A stretch of DNA of 64,000 nt. Source: Eutreptiella sp. 'Long Island Sound 2002' (Eukaryota; Protista; Euglenida). Within the stretch, counting starts at the first letter, position 1. Every line of letters begins with the position of its first letter. The position numbers and the translations under genes are program-made. Of this stretch, positions 21,727 through 34,010 are shown one piece after another. The stretch lies in assembly GCA_964036045.1 (NCBI GenBank), contig OZ038378.1, forward strand, positions 173,352,001 through 173,416,000, in the 5' to 3' direction. Below the pieces are notes generated by a model that worked only from the letters and a program-made list of their open reading frames with translations, was not told where the DNA came from and did no database searches.

Positions 21727-23307
21727 CTGTAGAAGAGAGGGGGAAATAGTGTTTTCTTCCAAACCGGACCAGGGGGCTCCACCTCAGCATGTTGACCTCC
21801 CTTGCAAGTTGGACCTCTAGTTGGTGGCTTGGAGTGTGGTAGCTTGGCACAGAAGCCCGCTATGCTTGCCCCTGCCCATCGTGTGATGAAGTATGGGGAA
21901 GGGGGAGGAGGAGGATAAGGAGGAGCTGTGATTCTCACTCAATAGGCCTGGGGAGCTGTGCAGGCCATAGGTCCTCAGTCCCTGCCTCAGTGTTGGGGCT
22001 GGCTGGGGACTATCACGAAAAAGATACACTCGGGGCAGACCATTATTTTCAGTCGTCCTCCACTGACCCGCGAGCTCGCATCCCGATGGCAAATCAGTGG
22101 CTGTTGTAGCTTTGGACACTAGACACCATGGTCACAAAGTATACAGCATACAGGGTTCTAAGATGTGGCAGCATGTTGCATAGCTGTTTGACTTGGAGGG
22201 GAGAGCTAGCACACTAGCAAGCCCCATGCCACCTGCAAGGTACTATGGTGTTTGTGTGTCTTTCGCCACCAGTTGTTCTCTGTTGGAGGCGAGAGCCAGC
22301 ACCCTCTTAGTTGTGCCCACGCCACCTCTTACATCACACTCTCATTAACGTTCTTGAGGTTGACTTGATGGTGAGGATAGCTGACAGATTCTCCTCTCCA
22401 TGCTGCCACTTGTTCATTGGCTAGGAGGGCTTGTTGATGTACCTATGCCACCTTGTATGGGGATACCATTGCTGTCAATGCCACCACATTATATGATTTC
22501 TAGAGGTGATGGCCGGCACACCTGTTAATACACCCATGCCACCTCCCGTGGGAAAAACTGCCATGCTGCCAGTGCTAAAAAAATGAGTGGGGGTGGTTAT
22601 TCGTACCATCGTTCTCTATGAATACCTAGGCATACCGCGGGCATGTTGTGTAATCCGATACACATACTCTTTCATCCTCCATTGTTTTGTTCTTGATGGC
22701 GACCTAGTGATGTGAATGGCAAGTGGATGTCGTGTCTTGTGGGAATAGCTCATGGACATTGTTGTCCATGCTGCCATATGTTGCTGTTTCCTGCAAGGGA
22801 TAGTTGGTGTGGTGTTATTGCAATCATTGTGCTCCACCCAAGGAGAGATGACAACCCATCTTGTCCATGCTTCCATGCATCCTTAAGTGAGAGGACAATG
22901 AATGTGTGCAGACACAACACAAATCAAATGTACAACATTGGCCTCCTCCCCAGGGAGCGTCAGCACCTTGTTGGTGTAAGAGGTGTGTGTCGGAGAACTG
23001 ATTACAATTACTCTCGTTGCACCAGGGGGAGTGGGTACCCTTTAGTATTCATTTGCCAACGGATTAGTGTTTGCCCTTTGGTGACTTTTTGTTACCATTT
23101 TCCAAAAATCACACTTTGAGTTTCTCTTTTTCACAGGGCTTGCACCTTCCCGCAGGAAAAGCAGTTCCTCCTACAATGGGTTTCCTTGTGTATCAGTGCT
23201 AGGGTTCAAGGGGGCTTCTGCCAACGCATGGCCCGCGTGCCAGTGCACTGGTTGGTCCTCCGGTGCTGGCGAATCATGCAGCGCAGCCTCTCCGAGGGGG
23301 CTAACAC

Positions 23308-23388
23308 CTCCAAGGCTGGCTGGCCCATCTCAGCTAGGCTGACAAGGCTCAGCAAGGCCAACACCACTGCCACTCCTGCGTGGCGCTC
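23308..23388 (-). CDS. Candidate internal exon (ERHAGVAVVLALLSLVSLAEMGQPALE)
   Basis: tctccccgtag|GAG ... GAG|gtgtta, phase 0-0, helical hydrophobic peptide. Confidence 0.4.
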
Positions 23389-23701
23389 CTACGGGGAGAC
23401 CTCTTGATGGATAGATGCACACCACCATATGTGGGGGCACACTATATCAACGGTCGGTCACAGCTTCAAAGCAACATCCAATGAAAATTGCATGGGCAAG
23501 TGATGCACAAGTCCCCAGCCTAGCATCTAAAGGCCAAATGGGGTGAAAAATACATGAAGAGGCACAATTTTTTAAGGTCCTGCAAACTATTCATGCTGAG
23601 GACTGAACTGGTCAGGGGGCCGGAAAATCTAGCATGCCACTGCCCGTCACCACCCACAAAGCACAAGATGACCCTCTTGCGTTCCGTGATAGACGTGGGG
23701 G

Positions 23702-23975
23702 CAGGGCTTTTTCGGGGGGGGGAGGGGGGGTCTAGGGAGGCAGGGAGGGAGGGAGGGAGGGTGGGTCCGGCCCCCCAATGGTGCTGAGTTTTTAGAGGTG
23801 TGGAAGGCGCCAAAGAAAATGTTCAGTCTAAACTAACTGGCGAAAATTTCATCGTCGGAAGGCGCAGAGGAAAATTTCGCCCAATATTTTAAGGGAGGGG
23901 GGTCCGGGGGGGTGGGTGGCTAGTGTAGGATCTCCACCAGTGGTGCCGAGTAGTTTAAAAAAAAAAAAAGCCCTG
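23702..23975. mobile_element. hAT-type MITE
   Basis: TIR CAGGGCTTTTT/AAAAAGCCCTG. 8-bp TSD cgtggggg/catggggg (one CpG transition). Confidence 0.85.
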
Positions 23976-24060
23976 CATGGGGGGCTTGGGATGCCAACGT
24001 CGCTCACCCTCTCCACCACCAAAGGGGGAGGGGAGGGGGGTACAACGAGCCCTGCGTGAC

Positions 24061-24111
24061 CTCCATGGGCAGCAACTTGCGCATCATTAGCGCCCTGAGG
24101 GGGCCGTCACC
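24061..24111 (-). CDS. Candidate internal exon (GDGPLRALMMRKLLPME)
   Basis: cccacag|GGT ... GAG|gtcacg, phase 0-0. Short, so weak support. Confidence 0.3.
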
Positions 24112-24504
24112 CTGTGGGCTGAGCCCCTACCCCTGCCTGAGGACTGTGCTTGTCTGCTTGGTTGATGCTACTGCCATGCACAGCCGCTACAGCCTTGGGG
24201 CCGGCCTACCTCTTGTGCAAGCAGCATGTCTTGCTCCTGTGTCCTACCTTGGTCCAACCGTGGGCCGAGTACCACCACTCTCACCACTCTGGCCACTACC
24301 ACCGCACCTACTGCCTTGCACTGTTGTTGCCATGCCATTCAGGCCTATCTCCCTCGGGGGCCGCGGGGATTGGGGTGCGCTGGGAGGGGTCTAGGCTTGG
24401 CCGGAGGTGGATTCCTGCTATGCCCTCGACCTCATGGGGGACAAAACAGAAAGGGTCTGCCGCTGTTGGTGGGGGGGGGGGGGATGGGGCTCCTACACAC
24501 AACG

Positions 24505-24908
24505 CACAAAGAGGGTCTAAAACATGCTTTCCATGGGACACCTAATCGTTTTTCTTGGTCACAATATTGAAAAAATAGTTTTTGAAAGGGAAAGGCTTTT
24601 TGAGCCGCACAAACAAGCTGTGCACTAGTCCCTTGGGAAGCTACCCCCCCCCCCCCCATGGGCACCGCACGGCCAAATGGGGTGAAAACACACAAAGAAG
24701 GTCTAAAACATGCTTTACATGGGTCATTTGATCATTGCAGGTGGCCACGATATCGAAAAAATCACTTTTGGAAATTTGCATCTTTGAGCTATTGAGGCTC
24801 AAAATTGCATTAGCAGGTTGTGCACGAGTCCCTTTGGCAGCGACCCCTGTGCACCCAAATGGCCAAATGAGGGGAACACACACACACGCGCGCGCGCACA
24901 CACACACA

Positions 24909-24987
<79 letters not shown>

Positions 24988-25900
24988 GTCTAGAACATGC
25001 TTGACATGGAATATTTGATCATCGTGGGTAGTCACAATATTGCAAAAATCACTTTTGGATTTTCGAGCTGTTGCAGGAGAAACTGCTTTGTTGGAAAAAG
25101 TGCCTAAAACAGCAATTTCAGGGGTTCGGGGAGGGGCATGGCACTGGCCACATGGGGCGAGTAGCCACTATGTGGGTCCCCATGGGTGCTAGGGTATCTG
25201 TGTGCTAGGGTATCTGTATGGTCACCAAATGATGAACCAAACCCAACCCACAGCCCACAGAAGAGTTTTTAAAACCAAATTTCGAAAGTTTTCACGTCCC
25301 ACTGGACAGCCTAAATACGCATGAGCACCTAATGCCCATACAGCCGAGAGTCCAAAAAATTTCGGCTCAAAAGCGAAAGTTTCAAAAAAAATCATGGTGG
25401 AGGCTTTTTTTGACCCCCCCCCCCCAAATGGGTAGTCAGTTTGGGGGCTAAGTGGGTACTTCTGTCTCATAAAAGGATGATTTTACTTGCAAAACATTTA
25501 AGATTTAACCCCTTGGGGTGTGTTACATGAATGCCCCCCCTGCCAAAAGGCCCATGTGCACTTCTTGTGCCTGTGCCTTGATCTGACAACCTTTTTGAGG
25601 TGACGTTTCGATTCTTGCACCCCCCACCAACCCGACCACACACACACACACGAGCGCGCGCGCATTCCAAGATACCCAGCTAGGTTGAGAGAGAGGTTCA
25701 AAATCAGAAATTAATTGGGGGATCATTGCGTCCTGGAATAATGATTTTACAGTGGGTCAAACATCCAATTTCATAAGTTGAGGTATGCTTCACAGATACC
25801 CCCGAAATAAAGGCATGTATGGTGCTCGCGCTTGTGCTTGATCTGGCAACCCTCTTCGAGGTGATTTGTAAACAGGGACCAAAAACAGCCAAAAATGGGG
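24505..25900 (+). repeat. Dispersed modular AT-rich repeat family (probable non-autonomous DNA element)
   Basis: Module ggtctaaaacatgcttt..gatc..ggtcac..aaaaaatca recurs at ~24515, 24700 and 24985, also at ~7745, and in reverse at 55550-56890. Confidence 0.75.
24876..24982. repeat. (CA)n microsatellite
   Basis: Read directly. Confidence 0.97.
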
Positions 25901-26009
25901 TTCCTGCTTACTGTCCTAGCTGCTGCCCAGATGGGTGGCTTTTCGCTTTGCCAGTCTTGCTCCAACATGTCGTCACTTCAACCCAAAATGAAAACGTTGC
26001 AACATTGTG

Positions 26010-27392
26010 TGTGTGTGTGTGGGGGGGGAATGCCATATTAAAGAGGAAGGCCTGCATGGGTCCAGGGGTGGGCGCCCAGCGGAGGGGGCCTGTGCCAAAA
26101 AGGATGTCTGATGAGAATCATCATGACTGCACTGGCCCCCCTTGAGTGTCGCCACCCTCGCCTAGGCCAGAGGCTCTGGCGGCTGGGGGTTATGAGACCT
26201 CAGTGCCTGCACGCCCATGCCGCTCCGGCCGGCGTGCTCGTTTGCCCGGCGGGCCGTCCTGGGGAGGTGTCTCTCCCCTCCGTCGCTTGTCCCCCCGCGC
26301 CGGGGGTGGGACTGGCTCTGGGCGCCGGGCGCCCCTGGTGTGTGCTCCCCCCCCCTCACCGGCGTGTGCGTCACGCGCCTCTTGGGGGCTGGGGTTCCCC
26401 CCCCCCCCCCGGCCTGGAGTCCTCTGGCTGGCTTTGCGCGTCCCCAGGCGGCGCAGTGGGGTGGGGGCTCGCCCCGCGGCAGGGGGGCACATCGCAGGCA
26501 CCCGCGGGTGCCCCTGGTGCCCTCGGACACAACAGTACCGTACTCCCCTGTGTGCCAGCGCGCACGCTCTGCACGGTGGGTGTCCGTGTGCCTCGCACAC
26601 CCACGTCTTTCGCTGCCGCTTGTGTGTCTCCGGCCTGCGTTGCCTTGTGCGCGCGTGTTGTGGTGTGAAGCGTATGGTGTGTGGCTCCTGGCTCCCATTC
26701 TCTAGCCCCGTGTCCACCACTTGAAAGGGGGGGCGCCTCCTGCCATCCGGTACTGTGGGTTTCGCATAGAAGACCGTGCCGTAGTGCAGCGCAGAGCGCT
26801 TGGCCCCTCCTTTTGCCGGGCACCGTCTCTTGTCCGCCGGCGCCGCTGGGTTGTGTTGCGGCTTGGCGCCCTGCGCCCTGTCGCGTGTGGCTTTCTTCTG
26901 TGCCTGCTTAGACCGTTGCCTCTGCGCCCATCTCTCCTCCCCGTACGTCCTGAGTCGTTGTAGGTGGCGCGAGACCTCCAGAGGCCTGGTGAAGAGTGGG
27001 CGTCCCTCCAGCCCCATGACCAGTCCTGCTCCCATGGGAATTAGGGTCTTGCAGTGATTGGTCATCTTGGCCGGCAAGATAGTGTCCTGTCCTATGGACC
27101 TCCCCATGAGCGAGGTGACGAGCCTGAGCACTCTGGCTTTCTCCTGGAGGGGCATTTCTCCCCCCACGAATCGAGATTGTGGTGCTGGCGGCAGCTGCCG
27201 CCTGGCATATGCTTCAAAGTCCAGAGCCAGCTCCATGTACGAGACTTGCCAGTGGGCCTGCGGCCGTTGGCGCTCCGCAGGCGGCATCTTCAGCCATTGT
27301 AGCTCCGTCGTCCACCGGATTACCATTGGTAGGAGGTCTGGGCCCCATCGCCATTCCCTCGGCTGTGTGTCTGTCTGTGTGTGTGTGTGTGT
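26010..27392 (-). mobile_element. 5'-truncated non-LTR retrotransposon 3' end with (CA)n at both ends
   Basis: Direct repeat aacattgtg at 26001-26009 and 27393-27401 (TSD). ORF 26190-27404 has W...LQW...VSYMELALDFE...LP and Cys/His clusters (CEAHGHPPCRAC..CC..GH), resembling LINE C-termini. About 170 nt 3' UTR, then C-run and (CA)n. Confidence 0.7.
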
Positions 27393-27668
27393 AACATTGT
27401 GCATTTTGAGGTAGAGAAACTGAATATATAAAAATCAGCCCTCAACGAACAATACATTGGAGACACTGTCAAAAAATAAGTGCGCTGGACCACAAATTGT
27501 CCCCCAAAACAACCAGCTGTGAACTGTGGACAAACCTCCCCAAGACGGTCAAGGTACCGGTCAGCCCCTCAGAAGGCGAGTGACCTTCCGTACATGTCCT
27601 GGGGCCTATGTGTGGAGTCCAGAACCTACATTTCACCCAGCAGAATCTCATGTAGTAGGTATTCCGAC

Positions 27669-27876
27669 CAGGCCTTTGCTGAATGATACTGGGGGGGGGT
27701 TGGCTGACCCACCCACTCACCCACCCACATCAGAAAAATTTTCCTCAGAAAAAAAGAAATTTATATCAAAAGGCCTCGAACTTGCAGGTCCATTTTAGGT
27801 ACACAAACTTTTTTATGGCCTCTGACCCCCACCCCCCCTTGGGTAAAGTATCAACCAGCCACTAAGCAAAAGCTTG
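27669..27876. mobile_element. hAT-type MITE, older copy of the 37570 family
   Basis: Ends CAGGCCTTTG/CAAAAGCTTG. Flanks attccgac/gttccaac (6/8). Body aligns with 37570-37803. Confidence 0.8.
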
Positions 27877-30800
27877 GTTCCAACGACCATAAGGTCAAGA
27901 TGTGGTCACCACAGCCAAGGCCACAGCCAAGCTGGCAACGGGGGGTCCGCACCATGTAGCAACCCGAAATTCAACGCATCGATGCGTCTCACCATGCATT
28001 ACAAATTCCCTTTCATGCCAATCCCAGAAAGATATACCAAACCCCTTCCTCCAGATTGATATTTTCCCAGCCCAGTACCAAAAAGCGGAAAACCCAGCTC
28101 ATGGACAAAATACCCCCCAGCCGCCAGGAAAACACCCATGCATGTGTACACCCGATGTGTGTCACCTTCCGTGTACAAACCATACATTTACCACCAACAT
28201 GGGCACACCTGATGTGTACCACCTTCAGTGTGTGCAAACAATGTGCATATGCCCTGTGCAAGCCCAGCGAGTAGAGAAGTAAATGGTGTGCCGGGGCTGG
28301 TGTGCCCAGTTAGAGTCCCCCCTTGTCCCGCTTGTGTGTGTACCATGCCACACTTATGCAGGGATACTGTACCGTGGACAACCTGCACTGTGGACGTTAT
28401 TCCATGGACAGTCCGCAGTACAGGAGCCCCCCCCCCCCCAAAAAAAACATCCCACCAATCCATTCCCCTTCTTTTCTGCCACATATCAGGAACTGTTTCC
28501 TAACCAGCCTAAAAAGGGCTCCGCGCGACGGGTATCATGCTTCGAACAATTGGGGTTCATGTCACCTGAAACCCCAAATGACCTTTCAGGCAACTCTCGA
28601 CCCTACCGACCCTCGAACCCCCCCTTCAACCACCTCTGACCCACAATGTTTCAATGCAATTTTAGGCAACGACACCCGCGGCATGAGCCAGGGGGAGGGA
28701 ACGGTGTCGAAAATGTTCGGCTTTTTTGGCATTTTCGAATTGTCACTGCACTACTGCACCTTCCTCAATCCATGTCATTACCTTTGCCCTGCCCTGGTGC
28801 CATTCAAAAACGTGCAATTTGGGGTGGACCAACCTGCTGCTTGGGCTCAACGCCAGGTGTCAGTGACGCTGCATGCAGCGTGGGTTTGCCGATGGCTCGA
28901 GGTTGCAGACTTGTGGCGATGCGCCCAAGGATGCACCCAGTCAACTACAAAAGCACAAGATAGTGTTCCCTCGTGTGTGGACATTGACGTGCTTGCATAG
29001 GCGCAGGCCTGGAGAAGCATCGACGGACTTCCCCCTGTCCCCACAGGGGGTGCTAGTCCTGCGGCGTGTGCGGCGTGCAATTTAGATAATTATCGTGGAA
29101 CAGGGGGAATTGTACCATTTTGTACCTGCGGCTCACTCATGGCAAAGTGGACACATGTATTTGGGGCTCAATCATGCATTGTGGTGTCTTCCTTCCTACT
29201 TCCTTCACGCCAAATTGAGGAAAATTGACGCGGTGCTAATTATCCTAAAGCTAATTACCCATACCCTGCGGCGCGCAGTAAGCGCTCCCATGAACTCACA
29301 CGACTGGGCGTGCCTCTCCGGGAAACCCAAGGCTTCATCCAGCGTTCCACTGGAACTGCACCGGCATGCCTGGGAGGGGGGCATGCATACCATTTACTCC
29401 TCCCCCCTTCACTATGCGTCTCACCTTACCCATCCCCTCCCGCAGTAAAGCACGCTACCCCTAACGTCTTCGCAAAAGGAGTCCAAGCTTCAATTCGGTC
29501 TGTCATTCATTCGTTGTTGGAACGTGACAGGTGCAAGGCGTAAGGTGGTATCGAGTCGCAGCCCAAAGCGAGAATACACCCCGGCTCTCGCAGCACAAAA
29601 CACCCCAGAAAATTGTCTAATTCAGGTCACCGATCACGCACACCGGGTACTCCAGGTCGATCTTCGAGACTCAATTGGTCCTGAGCTCTGCGATCTGGGG
29701 TTTGGCGGATGGTGCGCGGGGATTCGATGCTTCGGACGGAGAGGAAATGAGGGGGCCGGCCACGAGAAGACCGGCAAGAGAAAACAAGAGCGGTAATTCA
29801 GAGGGCACAACTTGTACAGCGTCACTGCTCGATTGTGACCGCACGTCAGCGTTGTGATGTTCGTTGCAACGGACCCCCTCCGCGGACATGGTCTGCTGAT
29901 CATTTCCACCGACGGCGATGTTGCGGTCGCCATAAACGCCGCTCACGCCTTGGCCTGGAGGTCCACTCTGAACCGCAGGCCGCGCCTGAGTCACTGCGGA
30001 ATGCAAATCAGACTTTGTGGGGATACGCAGAAGTGCACCCTTCTCCTTCCCGGGCCAATCAGGTGGTGGGTGAGCGGTGCCTGACATGATGATGATTTAC
30101 TGCGCCCGTTGTTCGCCCAAAGGGGTTGTTAGCCACGGGGTCGGATGCAACGCACCGGCTGCAAGGGTAAGGGCCACAGGTTGCAACTACTTCTCAAAGG
30201 GGAAGTCACATGCTACCAGAGACTTGCAGGGGTAGGGTGCAGAAATTGTTCGTTCTGTGCGGCCAAATGCGTCAAAAAGACAACAGGCTGTTCAAGAGAT
30301 ACTGGTGCATACGTCTTGTCAAGGGTCGGAAAGCCTCCAGTCAAGCGCGCCCAAGTGCTTGCTACTCTCTGTAATTGTTTACACTCAGCAGTCCGGCAAT
30401 AGTTATGGTCCCAAAAGCAGCTTGTAGCTTGCACATACAGTCAAGCTTTCATGATGGACACCACTGGGCGACACAAACCTGAATCGCAATCCGCCACGTA
30501 ATTACTCTCCCGCGTAGTGGTGCCCTGTGCGGGCATCCCAGAACACAGAACAACAGGAAAGGAATCGCTTGGCAAGGCCACGGATTGCGCCGCATGGGCA
30601 CGGTCTTGTTGCAGCGTCGGATTTAAGTGTTCGGAACCCAAATCCACGCTTCCAGTCGCGTACAGCTTTGACGCTGCGGAGCTGGGACACGCGGTCAACG
30701 ACTTCACGAGGTCATCTCCTCGTATCCTGTTGCGATGTGGAACGCACGGTAGAAAGAAGATGACAGAGCAGTGCCACTCCATTGATAGGAATCCAAACCA

Positions 30801-33800
30801 CATGCTGGGTCGTGATGGTGATGGGATCACCGTTGACTTCATGGAGAGTTAATCCTCAATCCCGCGCGCTGCGGGCCTTTGCCCTTCAGCGTCGTTGGGA
30901 CCTTGCCGCTCCCTTGCTCCTGCTCGACGCCTACGAGGGCCTTCGAGATGAGGTTAGGGTGACCGTTAAGACGTGGGAATCAAGCTTATCTACAAGGCCT
31001 AAATTATGCTTCACGCACCATGTCGCGACCGAGCACTGGGGACATCCGCAAATAACTAAATAATTTGATGGAGTGATTGACGGCTGCCTCACACAAAAAT
31101 GGGGCCAGTTTGACTACTAGTAGTAGACGACATAGGGGGAATCCTCGCACTGTGGGCACACTGTGCGCGCACTGCGCGCTACTTTTAGACTAGATTCCCC
31201 CCGAAGAGCCCCCAGGCACGCCCTTTCCCAACGCCCTTAAAATTAGGCGTCAGTATACAATGTTCGGGTACAAGGAATTCCAGCGCACACAAGTTTCAAT
31301 GGAGCAAACCCCATCAAATTTGGATGCAACATTTTTCAGTGGAAAAAAAACGCAAAAAATTCCCAGGTCAGATTGCAATTTTTGTACCCCTCGGCTACTT
31401 TGCACCCCAAGGCTTGGGTAGTTGGAGTCGACACAATATCCCAAAATCATGTCAGACATCTAACATCAACATCGCACGTCAGATTCATGTTCTTGTCAGA
31501 ATCCCTGTTTGATGAGCAGTGACCGACGGAATATGTGTCAATATGGCTACATAACCCCTGCCTTCTCGGGGTCCTGGTGGTGGGGAGAAATCAACTTAGA
31601 AAGGAGTGGATGTGGTGGAAATGAGCACAAAATGTGTGAAAAGGGGTGGAAATCCGTGAAACTGGGTGAAAATGCCATATCCCCAATGTGAAAGGGGCAT
31701 CAAAACCTGCAAACAACAATGATGCCCAGAGTATCGCAAAATCTGGGTCTCTAGTACAGCCAGACGCCCAAGCAGTTGCACTGCGCGCACACTGCGCTTA
31801 AGGCCCCCCCATAGTTCAGTTCATATTATGTCGTGGTGGGGCGAATCCCGTTTTGAGCCACTTGTTTTCATTTCCTTGCCCAGTGGCCCCTTTTCCATGT
31901 TCGTTTTCACAAACAACCACGACCGCTACTCAACAAACCCACCTCACCATTTGCAACCCATCCCTCGTGGGAAGTGCTTTTCAGTTTTAATTCCCATTGA
32001 CGAAGTTGGGCATCATCCAAATAAGTATTCCGTGTTGCGTTCTTGGCGAACAATCACAAGAATACAACCAGAAGTAACGCCAAGTTCCCCTGTACCACAC
32101 GCGGAGAACCATTTGCTGGCGTGAAATCACTTCGAGGCTCGAAACGCCCATGATAAGGATGCAATATGCACCCCCCGCAATGTGCGCATACCTTTCACGA
32201 CACTCCTGGAAGTGGTGACGTCTCTCGGCTTGTTGGCGGTCGCCCATGGGTTGATGTGCTGGTGAACGGCCACCATGCTCTCCCAACTGTTTCCTTCCCA
32301 ACCACCGGAAGGCTCTTTCCCGTAGCTCCATCTCTTTCTCTCGACCTCCACTTGATTCATCGAGCAGTGTCTCGTCGCTGTCTGCTTCCGTGCTGGGGGA
32401 TATGGTGTAGAACTCTCGGAGTCCGACATCCCTTGGGTCGATCAAATGACGAAGGCGAGGACGCCAGCATGGCAACATGCCTGGACAAATGCACCAGAAG
32501 GAAAAGGGCAGGTACACCCGCGTGCCATTCAGCCGACAAATATCACGCGCCATGGAACAGGGGTGCGTTGGAACACACCGCACAAATGCACATGTCTCAT
32601 GCATACTACCTGTACAAGCAATAAGCATGGTGAGTGTTCCGTCCCCAAGATGTGCGCACTGCACTACACCACAAGACACACCTGCACCAACAAGAAACAC
32701 GGCGCATACACCAACAACGGTGTTCCCACCGGAACCGACCGCCGGAAGAATGGGCCCCCACTTTGTGGGAAACCACACTCTGCTCCCTAAGCAAATGCCA
32801 CAGATAGCGAGACCCTGTCAAATGGGAGGTTCAAAGGACCCGATCACGTGGGGAACCAAGGGGAATCAGTTATGAGCTGTGTTCCGTTTCCTTGCCCTGG
32901 TGGGATTTGCCATAGGTCTGCCAAAACCAGTGTACGCGATGTGAAGATGTCAAAGATTCCATCCGTGCCACTGCTTGGGATCCCCAAGGTGATGATACTT
33001 CCTCGGATGAGTGCACGAAGGAGGCGTTGCACATAGGGTGTGCACGCTGACCGATGTATGAAGCCGCAAAAAGGACATCAGTCACAGGCACTCTGGCTCC
33101 TCGTAAGCACACTGGCGATGTTTGTGAGATGCCGGAGGCTTCTTGCTTCTCCTGGCCCTACAGCTTTGCTTGTCCCTTGTGAGCCGATGGCAGACCACGT
33201 TGAACCCTTTTGATTGTATGTTGTTCATTGAGCAAGGAGAATATATAATTTTGTTTCTCATGTATCCCTCTGCATGTGTCCCTGGGCTGTGCACCCGTCC
33301 ACTTTGGTTTTTCTTTCCTATTATTTCGTCTTCTGTTTGCCCTTTGCTCGCCTTTGTCCGCCCAATGCTCTAACTTTGTTATTCTACCATGGTGGGTTGC
33401 TGCCTGCTGCCTGCCCCACAACACCACGTGTACAATTGGTATTGCCACAGCAAATTCAGAGGTAGGAGGGTGAATTTCACCAACAGGGCATTGCATTCAC
33501 TGTGGTAGGGGTAAAAGCATGGCAGCTGTGGTGGATGGCATGTGAAATCATGGTATTTTTTTAAATTGTTAAACGACACCTATGAACTATGTAAATTGCG
33601 CATAGATGACGAAAGCACCCTTCCCATTCTGCCTGTAGAAGAGCCCAACCAAACCCTCCCTCTGAAATTAACAGCAAAACATGTGTTCAACGCTGCTTGT
33701 CTCTTGGGTGCAGATGGTGAGAGGACTTGAGAACTTTTTGCTCTTCCTGGTCACGTGCGTGTGGGGCACGGGCCTTGTCCGTCCCGTCTGTGTATTGCGG

Positions 33801-34010
33801 TTCTATCGTGTTTTGCACACCCAGTGCGGTATTTTGCAACTGCTGCAGCGACTGGTGGTCACATTGCCTGTTTACCAATGCACAGTCTGTCATGTTGGCA
33901 TGCATGCGTGGGGAGTCCTTTGGATTCAAGTGGTTTGTTGTGCGCTTTAGGGCTTGTGCTGTCACGTATGCTGCGCTATGCCACAGACGTGCGCGCGTCT
34001 GATACGTCAT

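Noticed and set aside
29610-30087. AP-endonuclease-like VCVIGDLN motif on the minus strand
   Set aside because: Single short motif between stop codons, with no other EEP motifs in frame.
32150-32430. Possible further exon with strong donor AG|gtatgc
   Set aside because: Two frames are open, the acceptor is unclear, and it cannot be linked to a gene.
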